64,000 bases of DNA. Source: Eledone cirrhosa. Lineage: Eukaryota. Shown in pieces: positions 11,601 through 25,000 of the stretch. Under the pieces are notes generated by a model. That model saw only the letters and a program-made list of their open reading frames with translations, was not told the origin of the DNA and ran no database searches. Within the stretch, counting starts at the first letter, position 1, and every line of letters begins with the position of its first letter. The stretch spans positions 262,818,001 to 262,882,000 of the forward strand of contig OZ024741.1 in NCBI GenBank assembly GCA_964016885.1, read 5' to 3'. The translations under genes were made by a program, and so were the position numbers.

Positions 11601-14600
11601 TTACGAGTGTTTCGGCTTACGAGTGTTTCGACTTACTAATATTTTTACTTACGAGTGTTTCGGCGTACGAGAGTTTTGACTTACGAGTGTTTCGACTTAC
11701 GAGTGTTTCGACTTACGAGTATTTTGACTTACGAATATTTTGACTTACGGGTGTTTCGGCTTACGAGTGTTTCGACTTACGAGTCTTTCGGCTTACGAGT
11801 GTTTCGACTTACTAATGTTTTTACTTACGAGTGTTTCGGCGTACGAGTGTTTCGACTTACGAGTGTTTCGACTTACGGGTGTTTTGACTTACGGGTGTTT
11901 TGACTTACGGGTGTTTCGGCTTACGAGTGTTTCGACTTACGAGTCTTTCGACTTCCGAGTCTTTCGACTTACGGGTGTTTTGACTTACGGGTGTTTCGGC
12001 TTACGAGTGTTTTGACTTACGAGTGTTTTGACTTAAGGGTGTTTCGACTTACGAGTATTTTTGGCTTACGAGTGTTTCGACTTACGAGTGTTTTGACTTA
12101 CGAGTGTTCTGATTTACGGATGTTTCGACATACGAGTGCTTCGACTTACGAGTGTTTCGACTTATGAGTGTTTCGACTTACGAGTGTTTCGACTTACGAG
12201 TGTTTCGGCTTATGATTGTTTCGACTTACGAGTGTTTTGACTTACGGTGTTTCAGCTTACGAGTGTTTCGACATACGAGTGTTTTGACTTACGGGTGTTT
12301 TGACATACGAGTGTTTCGATACGAGTGTTCTGACTTACGAGTGTTCTGACTTACGAGTGTTTTGACTTACGAGTGTTCTGACTTACGAGTGTTCCCACTT
12401 ACGATTGTTCCGACTTACGAGTGTTTCGGCTTACGAGTGTTTCCGGCTTACGAGTGTTTCGACTTTCGGTGTTTCGGCTTACGAGTGATTCGACTTACGA
12501 GTGTTTTGACTTACGGGTGTTTTGACTTACGGGTGTTGTGAATTACGAGTGTTCCGATTTACGAGTGTTTTGACTTACGGTGTTTCGGCTTACGAGTGAT
12601 TCGACTTACGAATATCTTGACTTACGGGTGTTTCGGCTTGCGAGTGTTTCGACTTACGAGTGTTTCGACTTACGAGTGTTTCGGATTACGGGTGTTTTGA
12701 CTTGAGGGTTTTCGACTTACGAGTGTTTCGATACGAGTGTTTCGACTTACGAGTGTTCTGATTTACGGATGTTTCGACACACGAGTGTTTCGACTTACGA
12801 GTGTTTCGACTTATGAGTGTTTCGACTTACGAGTGTTCTGACTTACGAGTGTTTTGACTTACGGGTGTTTCGACTTACGGGTGTTTCGACTTACGAGTGT
12901 TTCGGCTTACGAGTGTTTCGACTTACTAATGTTTTTACTTACGAGTGTTTCGGTGTACGAATGTTTTGACTTAAGGATGTTTCGACTTACGAGTGTTTCG
13001 GCTTACGTGAGTTTCGACTTAAGAGTGTTCTGATTTACGAGTGTTCTGACTTGCGGGTGTTCTGATTTACGAGTGTTCCGACTTAAGAGTGTTTCGGCTT
13101 ATGAGTGTTTCGACTTACGAGTGTTTCGGCTTACGAGTGTTTCGACTTATGGGTGTTTCGACTTACGAGTGTTTCGGATTACGGGTGTTTTGACTTGAGG
13201 GTTTTCGACTTACGAGTGTTTCGATACGAGTGTTTCGACTTACGAGTGTTCTGATTTACGGATGTTTCGACACACGAGTGTTTCGACTTACGAGTGTTTT
13301 TACTTACGAGTGTTTCGGCGTACGAGAGTTTTGACTTACGAGTGTTTCGACTTACGGGTGTTTCGGCTTATGAGTGTTTCGACTTACGAGTCTTTCGGCT
13401 TACGAGTGTTTCGACTTACTAATGTTTTTACTTACGAGTGTTTCGGCGTACGAGTGTTTCGACTTACGAGTGTTTCGACTTACGGGTGTTCTGACTTACC
13501 GGTGTTTCGGCTCACGAGTGTTTCGACTTACGAGTGTTTTGACTTAAGGGTGTTTCGACTTACGAGTATTTTTGGCTTACGAGTGGTTCGACTTACGAGT
13601 GTTTCGACTTACGAGTGTTTCGGCTTATGGGTGTTTCGACTTACTAATGTTTTTACTTACGAGTGTTTCGGCGTACGAGTGTTTTGACTTACGAGTGTTT
13701 CGACTTACGAGTGTTTCGACTTACGAGTGTTTCGGCTTACGTGAGTTTCGACTTAAGAGTGTTCTGATTTATGAGTGTTCTGACTTGCGGGTGTTCTGAT
13801 TTACGAGTGTTCCGACTTACGAGTGTTTCGGCTTATTAGTGTTTCGACTTACGAGTGTTTCGGCTTACGAGTGTTTCGACTTATGGGTGTTTCGACTTAC
13901 GAGTGTTTTTACTTACGGTGTTTCGGCTTACGAGTGTTTCGACATACGAGTGTTTTGACTTACGGGTGTTTCGACTTACGAGTGTTTTGACTTACGAATG
14001 TTTTGACTTACGGGTGTTTCGGCTTACGAGTGTTTCGACTTACGAGTGTTTCGGCTTACGAGTGTTTCGACTTACTAATGTTCTTACTTACGAGTGTTTC
14101 GACTTACGGGTGTTTTGACTTACGGGTGTTTTGTCTTACGGGTGTTTCGGCTTACGAGTGTTTCGACTTACGAGTCTTTCGACTTCCGAGTGTTTCGACT
14201 TACGGGTGTTTTGACTTACGGGTGTTTCGGCTTACGAGTGTTTTGACTTACGAGTGTTTTGACTTAAGGGTGTTTCGACTTACGAGTATTTTTGGCTTAC
14301 GAGTGTTTCGACTTACGAGTGTTTTGACTTACGAGTGTTCTGATTTACGGATGTTTCGACATACGAGTGTTTCGACTTACGAGTGTTTCGACTTATGAGT
14401 GTTTCGACTTACGAGTGTTTCGACTTACGAGTGTTTCGGCTTATGATTGTTTCGACTTACGAGTGTTTTGACTTACGGTGTTTCAGCTTACGAGTGTTTC
14501 GACATACGAGTGTTTTGACTTACGGGTGTTTTGACATACGAGTGTTTCGATACGAGTGTTCTGACTTACGAGTGTTCTGACTTACGAGTGTTTTGACTTA

Positions 14601-15336
14601 CGAGTGTTCTGACTTACGAGTGTTCCGACTTACGAGTGTTCCGACTTACGAGTGTTTCGGCTTACGAGTGTTTCCGGCTTACGAGTGTTTCGACTTACGA
14701 GTGTTTTGACTTACGGTGTTTCGGCTTACGAGTGATTCGACTTACGAGTGTTTTGACTTACGGGTGTTTTGACTTACGGGTGTTGTGAATTACGAGTGTT
14801 CCGATTTACGAGTGTTTTGACTTACGGTGTTTCGGCTTACGAGTAATTCGACTTACGAATGTCTTGACTTACGGGTGTTTCGGCTTGCGAGTGTTTCGAC
14901 TTACGAGTGTTTCGGCTTATGAGTGTTTCGACTTACGAATGTTTTTACTTACGAGTGTTCTGACTTACGAGTGTTCTGACTTACGAGTGTTCTGACTTAC
15001 GAGTGTTCTGATTTACGAGTGTTCCGAATTACGAGTGTTTCGGCTTACGAGTGTTTCGGCTTACGAGTGTTTCGACTTACGAGTGTTTCGACTTACGAGT
15101 GTTCCGACTTACGGGTGTTTCGACTTACGAGTTGTTTGGCTTACGGTGTTTCGGCTTACGAGTGTTTCGAGTTACGAGTGTTTTGACTTACGCGTGTTTT
15201 GACATACGAGTGTTTCGATACGAGTGTTCTGACTTACGAGTGTTTTGACTTACGAGTGTTCTGACTTACGAGTGTTCCGACTTTACGAGTGTTTCGGCTC
15301 ACGAGTGTTTCGGCTTACGAGTGTTTCGACTTACGA

Positions 15337-18300
15337 GTATTTTGACTTACGAATGTTTTGACTTACGGGTGTTTCGGCTTACGAGTGTTTCGACTTACGA
15401 GTCTTTCGGCTTACGAGTGTTTCGACTTACTAATGTTTTTACTTACGAGTGTTTTGGCGTACGAGTGTTTCGACTTCCGAGTGTTTCGACTTACGGGTGT
15501 TTTGACTTACGGGCGTTTCGGCTTACGAGTGTTTTGACTTACGAGTGTTTTGACTTAAGGGTGTTTCGACTTACGAGTATTTTTGGCTTACGAGTGTTTC
15601 GACTTACGAGTGTTTTGACTTACGAGTGTTCTGATTTACGGATGTTTCGACATACGAGTGTTTTGACTTACGAGTGTTTCGACTTATGAGTGTTTCGACT
15701 TACGAGTGTTTCGACTTACGAGTGTTTCGGCTTATGATTGTTTCGACTTACGAGTGTTTTGAATTACGGTGTTTCAGCTTACGAGTGTTTCGGCTTACGA
15801 GTGTTTTGACTTACGGGTGTTTTGACATACGAGTGTTTCGATACGAGTGTTCTGACTTACGAGTGTTCTGACTTACGAGTGTTCCGACTTACGAGTGTTC
15901 CGACTTACGAGTGTTTCGGCTTACGGGTGTTTCCTGCTTACGAGTGTTTCGACTTACGAGTGTTTTGACTTACGGTGTTTCGGCTTACGAGTGATTCGAC
16001 TTACGAGTGTTTCGGCTTATGAGTGTTTCGACTTACTAATGTTTTTACTTACGAGTGTTCTGACTTACGAGTGTTCCGACTTACGAGTGTTCCGACTTAC
16101 GAGTGTTTCGGCTTACGAGTGTTTCTGGCTTACGAGTGTTTCGACTTACGAGTGTTTCGACTTACGAGTGTTTTGACTTACGGTGTTTCGACTTACGAGT
16201 GATTCGACTTACGAGTGTTTTGACTTACGGGTGTTTTGACTTACGGGTGTTGTGAATTACGAGTGTTCCGATTTACGAGTGTTTTGACTTACGGTGTTTC
16301 GGCTTACGAGTGATTCGACTTACGAATGTTTTGACTTACGGGTGTTTCGGCTTGCTAGTGTTTCGACTTACGAGTGTTTCGGCTTATGAGTGTTTCGACT
16401 TACTACTGTTTTTACTTACGAGTGTTTCGGCGTACGAGTGTTTTGACTTACGAGTGTTTCGACTTACGAGTGTTTCGAATTACGAGTGTTTCGGCTTACG
16501 TGAGATTCGACTTAAGAGTGTTCTGATTTACGAGTGTTCTGACTTGCGGGTGTTCTGATTTACGAGTGTTCCGACTTACGAGTGTTTCGGCTTATGAGTG
16601 TTTCGACTTACGAGTGTTTCGGCTTACGAGTGTTTCGACTTACGAGTGTTTTGACTTACGAATGTTTTGACTTACGGGTGTTTCGGCTTACGAGTGTTTC
16701 GACTTACGAATGTTTTGACTTACGGGTGTTTCGGCTTACGAGTGTTTCGACTTACGAGTGTTTCGGCTTACGAGTGTTTCGACTTACTAATGTTCTTACT
16801 TACGAGTGTTTCGGCGTACGAGAGTTTTGACTTACGAGTGTTTCGACTTACGAGTGTTTCGACTTACGAGTGTTTTGACTTACGAAAGTTTTGACTTACG
16901 GGTGTTTCGGCTTACGAGTGTTTCGACTTACGAGTCTTTCGGCTTACGAGTGTTTCGACTTACTAATGTTTTTACTTACGAGTGTTTCGGCGTACGAGTG
17001 TTTCGACTTACGAGTGTTTCGACTTACGGGTGTTTTGACTTACGGGTGTTTCGGCTTACGAGTGTTTTGACTTACGAGTGTTTTGACTTAAGGGTGTTTC
17101 GACTTACGAGTATTTTTGGCTTACGAGTGTTTCGACTTACGAGTGTTTTGACTTACGAGTGTTCTGATTTACGGATGTTTCGACATACGAGTGTTTCGAC
17201 TTACGAGTGTTTCGACTTATGAGTGTTTCGACTTACGAGTGCTTCGGCTTACGAGTGTTTCGACTTACGAGTATTTCGTCTTAAGAGTGTTTCGACGTAC
17301 GAATGTTTTGGCTTACGAGTGTTTCGGCTTATGAGTGTTTCGGCTTACGAGTGTTTCGACTTACGAGTGTTTCGGCTTACGAGTGTTTTAGTGTTTCGGC
17401 TTACGTGTGTTTCGACTTACGAGTGTTTCGACTTACGACTGTTTCGGCTTACGAGTGTTTCGGCTTACGAGTGTTTCGGCTTACGAGTGTTTTGACTTAC
17501 GAGTGTTTTGACTTACGATTGTTTGGCTTACGAGTGTTCTGACTTACGGGTGTTCTGACTTACGAGTGTTCCGACTTACGAGTGTTTCGGCTTATGAGGG
17601 TTTCGACTTACGAGTGCTTCGGCTTACGAGTGTTTCGACTTACGAGTGTTTCGGATTATGAATGTTTCGACTTACGAGTGTTTCGACTTACGAGTGTTTT
17701 GACTTACGGTGTTTCGGCTTACGAGTGTTTCGACATACGAGTGTTTTGACGTACGGGTGTTTCGACTTACGGGTCTTTCGACTTAAGAGTGTTTCGACTT
17801 ACGAGCGCTTCGACGTACGAGTGTTTCGACTTACGAGTGTTTCGGCGTATGAGTGTTTTGACTTACGAGTGTTTCGACTTACGAGTGTTTCGACTTACGA
17901 GTGTTTCGAATTACGAGTGTTTCGACTTACGAGTGTTTTGACTTACGAGTGTTTTGACTTACGGTGTTTCTGCTTACGAGTGTTTCGACTTACGAGTGTT
18001 ATGACTTACGGGTGTTTTCACATACGAGTGTTTCGACTTACGAGTGTTTTGACTTACGGGTGTTTTGACATACGAGTGTTTCGATACGAGTGTTCTGACT
18101 TACGAGTGTTCTGACTTACGAGTGTTCTGACTTACGAGTGTTTCGACATACGAGGGTTTTGACTTACGGGTGTTTCGACTTACGAGTGTTTTCACTTACG
18201 AATGTTTTGACTTACTAATGTTTTTACTTACGAGTGTTTCGGTGTACGAATGTTTTGACTTAAGGATGTTTCGACTTACGAGTGTTTCGGCTTACGTGAG

Positions 18301-19330
18301 TTTCGACTTAAGAGTGTTCTGATTTACGAGTGTTCTGACTTGCGGGTGTTCTGATTTACGAGTGTTCCGACTTAAGAGTGTTTCGGCTTATGAGTGTTTC
18401 GACTTACGAGTGTTTCGGCTTACGAGTGTTTCGACTTATGGGTGTTTCGACTTACGAGTGTTTTTACTTACGGTGTTTCGGCTTACGAGTGTTTCGACAT
18501 ACGAGTGTTTTGACTTACGGGTGTTTCGACTTACGAGTGTTTCGGCTTACGAGTATTTCGACTTACTAATGTTTTTACTTACGAGTGTTTCGGCGTACGA
18601 GAGTTTTGACTTACGAGTGTTTCGACTTACGGGTGTTTCGGCTTATGAGTGTTTCGACTTACGAGTCTTTCGGCTTACGAGTGTTTCGACTTACTAATGT
18701 TTTTACTTAAGAGTGTTTCGGCGTACGAGTGTTTCGACTTACGAGTGTTTCGACTTACGGGTGTTTTGACTTACCGGTGTTTCGGCTCACGAGTGTTTCG
18801 ACTTACGAGTGTTTTGACTTAAGGGTGTTTCGACTTACGAGTATTTTTGGCTTACGAGTGTTTCGACTTACGAGTGTTTCGACTTACGAGTGTTTCGGCT
18901 TATGGGTGTTTCGACTTACTAATGTTTTTACTTACGAGTGTTTCGGCGTACGAGTGTTTTGACTTACGAGTGTTTCGACTTACGAGTGTTTCGACTTACG
19001 AGTGTTTCGGCTTACGTGAGTTTCGACTTAAGAGTGTTCTGATTTATGAGTGTTCTGACTTGCGGGTGTTCTGATTTACGAGTGTTCCGACTTACGAGTG
19101 TTTCGGCTTATTAGTGTTTCGACTTACGAGTGTTTCGGCTTACGAGTGTTTCGACTTATGGGTGTTTCGACTTACGAGTGTTTTTACTTACGGTGTTTCG
19201 GCTTACGAGTGTTTCGACATACGAGTGTTTTGACTTACGGGTGTTTCGACTTACGAGTGTTTTGACTTACGAATGTTTTGACTTACGGGTGTTTCGGCTT
19301 ACGAGTGTTTCGACTTACGAGTGTTTCGGC
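15337..19330 (+). repeat. Dispersed block of about 4 kb also found at about 25030-29030 (offset 9,697) and about 42570-46560
   Basis: ORF pairs 15674/25371, 17223/26920, 17662/27359, 18362/28059 and 19130/28827 are all offset by 9,697. Confidence 0.85.
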
Positions 19331-20357
19331 TTACGAGTGTTTCGACATACGAGTGTTTTGACTTGCGGGTGTTTCGACTTACGAGTGTTTTGACTTACGA
19401 ATGTTTTGACTTACGGGTGTTTCGGCTTACGAGTGTTTCGACTTACGAGTGTTTCGGCTTACGAGTGTTTCGACTTACTAATGTTCTTACTTACGAGTGT
19501 TTCGGCGTACGAGAGTTTTGACTTACGAGTGTTTCGACTTACGAGTGTTTCGACTTACGAGTGTTTTGACTTACGAATGTTTTGACTTACGGGTGTTTCG
19601 GCTTACGAGTGTTTCGACTTACGAGTCTTTCGGCTTACGAGTGTTCCGACTTACTAATGTTTTTACTTACGAGTGTTTCGGCGTACGAGTGTTTCGACTT
19701 ACGAGTGTTTCGACTTACGGGTGTTTTGACTTACGGGTGTTTCGGCTTACGAGTGTTTCGACTTACGAGTGTTTTGACTTACGGGTGTTTTGACTTACGG
19801 GTGTTGTGAATTACGAGTGTTCCGATTTACGAGTGTTTTGACTTACGGTGTTTCGGCTTACGAGTGATTCGACTTACGAATGTCTTGACTTACGGGTGTT
19901 TCGGCTTGCGAGTGTTTCGACTTACGAGTGTTTCGGCTTATGAGTGTTTCGACTTACGAATGTTTTTACTTACGAGTGTTCTGACTTACGAGTGTTCTGA
20001 CTTACGAGTGTTCTGACTTACGAGTGTTCTGATTTACGAGTGTTCCGAATTACGAGTGTTTCGGCTTACGAGTGTTTCGGCTTACGAGTGTTTCGACTTA
20101 CGAGTGTTTCGACTTACGAGTGTTCCGACTTACGGGTGTTTCGACTTACGAGTTGTTTGGCTTACGGTGTTTCGGCTTACGAGTGTTTCGAGTTACGAGT
20201 GTTTTGACTTACGCGTGTTTTGACATACGAGTGTTTCGATACGAGTGTTCTGACTTACGAGTGTTTTGACTTACGAGTGTTCTGACTTACGAGTGTTCCG
20301 ACTTTACGAGTGTTTCGGCTCACGAGTGTTTCGGCTTACGAGTGTTTCGACTTACGA

Positions 20358-20426
20358 AAATAACAAATAGACGCGGTTTCAAATTTCTATGATTTTCAAA
20401 TTCATTACATTAATCTTTATTTATAC
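20358..20426. repeat. 69-bp AT-rich element, copy 2
   Basis: Same sequence as copy 1 except CAAATTTCT in place of CAAATCTCT. Same flanking context. Confidence 0.97.
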
Positions 20427-22096
20427 GTTTCGCTTTACGAGTGTTTCGACTTACGAGTGTTTCGACATACGAGTGTTTCGACTTCCGAATGTTTTTGCTT
20501 AAGGGTGTTTCGACTTACGAATGTTTCGGCTTACGAGTGTTTCGGCTTACGAGTCTTCCGACTTAGGAGTGTTTCGGCTTACGAGTGTTTCCGGCTTACG
20601 AGTGTTTCGACTTACGAGTGTTTCGACATTCGAGTGTTTTGACTTACGGTGTTTCGGCTTACGAGTGATTAGACTTACGAGTGTTTTGACTTACGTGTGT
20701 TTTGACTTACGGGTGTTGTGAATTACCAGTGTTCCGATTTACGAGTGTTTTGACTTACGGTGTTTCGGCTTGCGAGTGTTTCGACTTACGAGTGTTTCGG
20801 CTTATGAGTGTTTCGACTTACTAATGTTTTTACTTACGAGTGTTTCGGCGTTCGAGTGTTTTGACTTACGAGTGTTTCGACTTACGAGTGTTTTGACTTA
20901 CGAATGTTTTGACTTACGGGTGTTTCGGCTTACGGGTGTTTCGACTTACGAGTGTTTCGACTTATGAGTGTTTCGACTTACGAGTGTTCTGACTTACGAG
21001 TGTTCTGACTTACGAGTGTTCCGACTTACGAGTGTTTCGGTTTACGAGTGTTTCGACATACGAGTGTTTTGACTTACGGGTGTTTCGACTTACGGGTGTT
21101 TCGACTTACGAGTGTTTTGGCTTACGAGTGTTTCGACTTACTAATGTTTTTACTTACGAGTGTTTCGGTGTACGAATGTTTTGACTTAAGGATGTTTCGA
21201 CTTACGAGTGTTTCGACTTACGAGTGTTTCGGCTTATGTGAGTTTCGACTTAAGAGTGTTCTGATTTACGAGTGTTCTGACTTGCGGGTGTTCTGATTTA
21301 CGAGTGTTCCGACTTACGAGTGTTTCGGCTTATGAGTGTTTCGACTTACGAATGTTTCGGCTTACGAGTGTTTCGACTTATGGGTGTTTCGACTTAAGAG
21401 TGTTTTTACTTACGGTGTTTCGGCTTACGAGTGTTTCGACATACGAGTGTTTTGACTTACGGGTGTTTCGGCTTACGAGTGTTTCGACTTACGAGTGTTT
21501 CGGCTTACGAGTGTTTCGACTTACTAATGTTTTTACTTACGAGTGTTTCGGCGTACGAGAGTTTTGACTTTCGAGTGTTTCGACTTACGAGTGTTTTGAC
21601 TTACGGGTGTTTCGGCTTATGAGTGTTTCTACTTACGAGTCTTTCGGCTTACGAGTGTTTCGACTTACTAATGTTTTTACTTACGAGTGTTTCGGCGTAC
21701 GACTGTTTCGACTTACGAGTGTTTCGACTTACGGGTGTTTTGACTTACGGGTGTTTCGGCTTACGAGTGTTTCGACTTACGAGTGTTTTGACTTACGGGT
21801 GTTTCGACTTTCGAGTATTTTTGGCTTACGAGTGTTTCGACTTACGAGTGTTTTGACTTACGAGTGTTCTGATTTACGGATGTTTCGACATACGAGTGTT
21901 TCGGCTTACGAGTGTTTCGACTTACGAGTGTTTTGACTTACGGGTGTTTCGACTTACGAGTATTTTTGGCTTACGAGTGTTTTGACTTACGAGTGTTTCG
22001 ACTTACGAGTGTTTCGACTTACGAGTGTTTCGAATTACGAGTGTTTCGACTTACGAGTGTTTTGACTTACGAGTGTTTTGACTTACGGTGTTTCTG

Positions 22097-25000
22097 CTTA
22101 CGAGTGTTTCGACTTACGAGTGTTATGACTTACGGGTGTTTTCACATACGAGTGTTTCGACTTACGAGTGTTTTGACTTACGGGTGTTTTGACATACGAG
22201 TGTTTCGATACGAGTGTTCTGACTTACGAGTGTTCTGACTTACGAGTGTTCTGACTTACGAGTGTTTCGACATACGAGGGTTTTGACTTACGGGTGTTTC
22301 GACTTACGAGTGTTTTCACTTACGAATGTTTTGACTTACGGGTGTTTCGGCTTACGAGTGTTTCGACTTACGAGTGTTTCGACTTACGAGTGTTTCGACT
22401 TACTAATATTTTTACTTACGAGTGTTTCGGCGTACGAGAGTTTTGACTTACGAGTGTTTCGACTTACGAGTGTTTCGACTTACGAGTATTTTGACTTACG
22501 AATGATTTGACTTACGGGTGTTTCGGCTTACGAGTGTTTCGACTTACGAGTCTTTCGGCTTACGAGTGTTTCGACTTACTAATGTTTTTACTTACGAGTG
22601 TTTTGGCGTACGAGTGTTTCGACTTCCGAGTGTTTCGACTTACGGGTGTTTTGACTTACGGGCGTTTCGGCTTACGAGTGTTTTGACTTACGAGTGTTTT
22701 GACTTAAGGGTGTTTCGACTTACGAGTATTTTTGGCTTACGAGTGTTTCGACTTACGAGTGTTTTGACTTACGAGTGTTCTGATTTACGGATGTTTCGAC
22801 ATACGAGTGTTTTGACTTACGAGTGTTTCGACTTATGAGTGTTTCGACTTACGAGTGTTTCGACTTACGAGTGTTTCGGCTTATGATTGTTTCGACTTAC
22901 GAGTGTTTTGAATTACGGTGTTTCAGCTTACGAGTGTTTCGGCTTACGAGTGTTTTGACTTACGGGTGTTTTGACATACGAGTGTTTCGATACGAGTGTT
23001 CTGACTTACGAGTGTTCTGACTTACGAGTGTTCCGACTTACGAGTGTTCCGACTTACGAGTGTTTCGGCTTACGGGTGTTTCCTGCTTACGAGTGTTTCG
23101 ACTTACGAGTGTTTTGACTTACGGTGTTTCGGCTTACGAGTGATTCGACTTACGAGTGTTTCGGCTTATGAGTGTTTCGACTTACTAATGTTTTTACTTA
23201 CGAGTGTTCTGACTTACGAGTGTTCCGACTTACGAGTGTTCCGACTTACGAGTGTTTCGGCTTACGAGTGTTTCTGGCTTACGAGTGTTTCGACTTACGA
23301 GTGTTTCGACTTACGAGTGTTTTGACTTACGGTGTTTCGACTTACGAGTGATTCGACTTACGAGTGTTTTGACTTACGGGTGTTTTGACTTACGGGTGTT
23401 GTGAATTACGAGTGTTCCGATTTACGAGTGTTTTGACTTACGGTGTTTCGGCTTACGAGTGATTCGACTTACGAATGTTTTGACTTACGGGTGTTTCGGC
23501 TTGCTAGTGTTTCGACTTACGAGTGTTTCGGCTTATGAGTGTTTCGACTTACTACTGTTTTTACTTACGAGTGTTTCGGCGTACGAGTGTTTTGACTTAC
23601 GAGTGTTTCGACTTACGAGTGTTTCGAATTACGAGTGTTTCGGCTTACGTGAGATTCGACTTAAGAGTGTTCTGATTTACGAGTGTTCTGACTTGCGGGT
23701 GTTCTGATTTACGAGTGTTCCGACTTACGAGTGTTTCGGCTTATGAGTGTTTCGACTTACGAGTGTTTCGGCTTACGAGTGTTTCGACTTACGAGTGTTT
23801 TGACTTACGAATGTTTTGACTTACGGGTGTTTCGGCTTACGAGTGTTTCGACTTACGAATGTTTTGACTTACGGGTGTTTCGGCTTACGAGTGTTTCGAC
23901 TTACGAGTGTTTCGGCTTACGAGTGTTTCGACTTACTAATGTTCTTACTTACGAGTGTTTCAGCGTACGAGAGTTTTGACTTACGAGTGTTTCGACTTAC
24001 GAGTGTTTCGACTTACGAGTGTTTTGACTTACGAAAGTTTTGACTTACGGGTGTTTCGGCTTACGAGTGTTTCGACTTACGAGTCTTTCGGCTTACGAGT
24101 GTTTCGACTTACTAATGTTTTTACTTACGAGTGTTTCGGCGTACGAGTGTTTCGACTTACGAGTGTTTCGACTTACGGGTGTTTTGACTTACGGGTGTTT
24201 CGGCTTACGAGTGTTTTGACTTACGAGTGTTTTGACTTAAGGGTGTTTCGACTTACGAGTATTTTTGGCTTACGAGTGTTTCGACTTACGAGTGTTTTGA
24301 CTTACGAGTGTTCTGATTTACGGATGTTTCGACATACGAGTGTTTCGACTTACGAGTGTTTCGACTTATGAGTGTTTCGACTTACGAGTGCTTCGGCTTA
24401 CGAGTGTTTCGACTTACGAGTATTTCGTCTTAAGAGTGTTTCGACGTACGAATGTTTTGGCTTACGAGTGTTTCGGCTTATGAGTGTTTCGGCTTACGAG
24501 TGTTTCGACTTACGAGTGTTTCGGCTTACGAGTGTTTTAGTGTTTCGGCTTACGTGTGTTTCGACTTACGAGTGTTTCGACTTACGACTGTTTCGGCTTA
24601 CGAGTGTTTCGGCTTACGAGTGTTTCGGCTTACGAGTGTTTTGACTTACGAGTGTTTCGACTTACGAGTGTTATGACTTACGGGTGTTTTCACATACGAG
24701 TGTTTCGACTTACGAGTGTTTTGACTTACGGGTGTTTTGACATACGAGTGTTTCGATACGAGTGTTCTGACTTACGAGTGTTCTGACTTACGAGTGTTCT
24801 GACTTACGAGTGTTTCGACATACGAGGGTTTTGACTTACGGGTGTTTCGACTTACGAGTGTTTTCACTTACGAATGTTTTGACTTACGGGTGTTTCGGCT
24901 TACGAGTGTTTCGACTTACGAGTGTTTCGACTTACGAGTGTTTCGACTTACTAATATTTTTACTTACGAGTGTTTCGGCGTACGAGAGTTTTGACTTACG

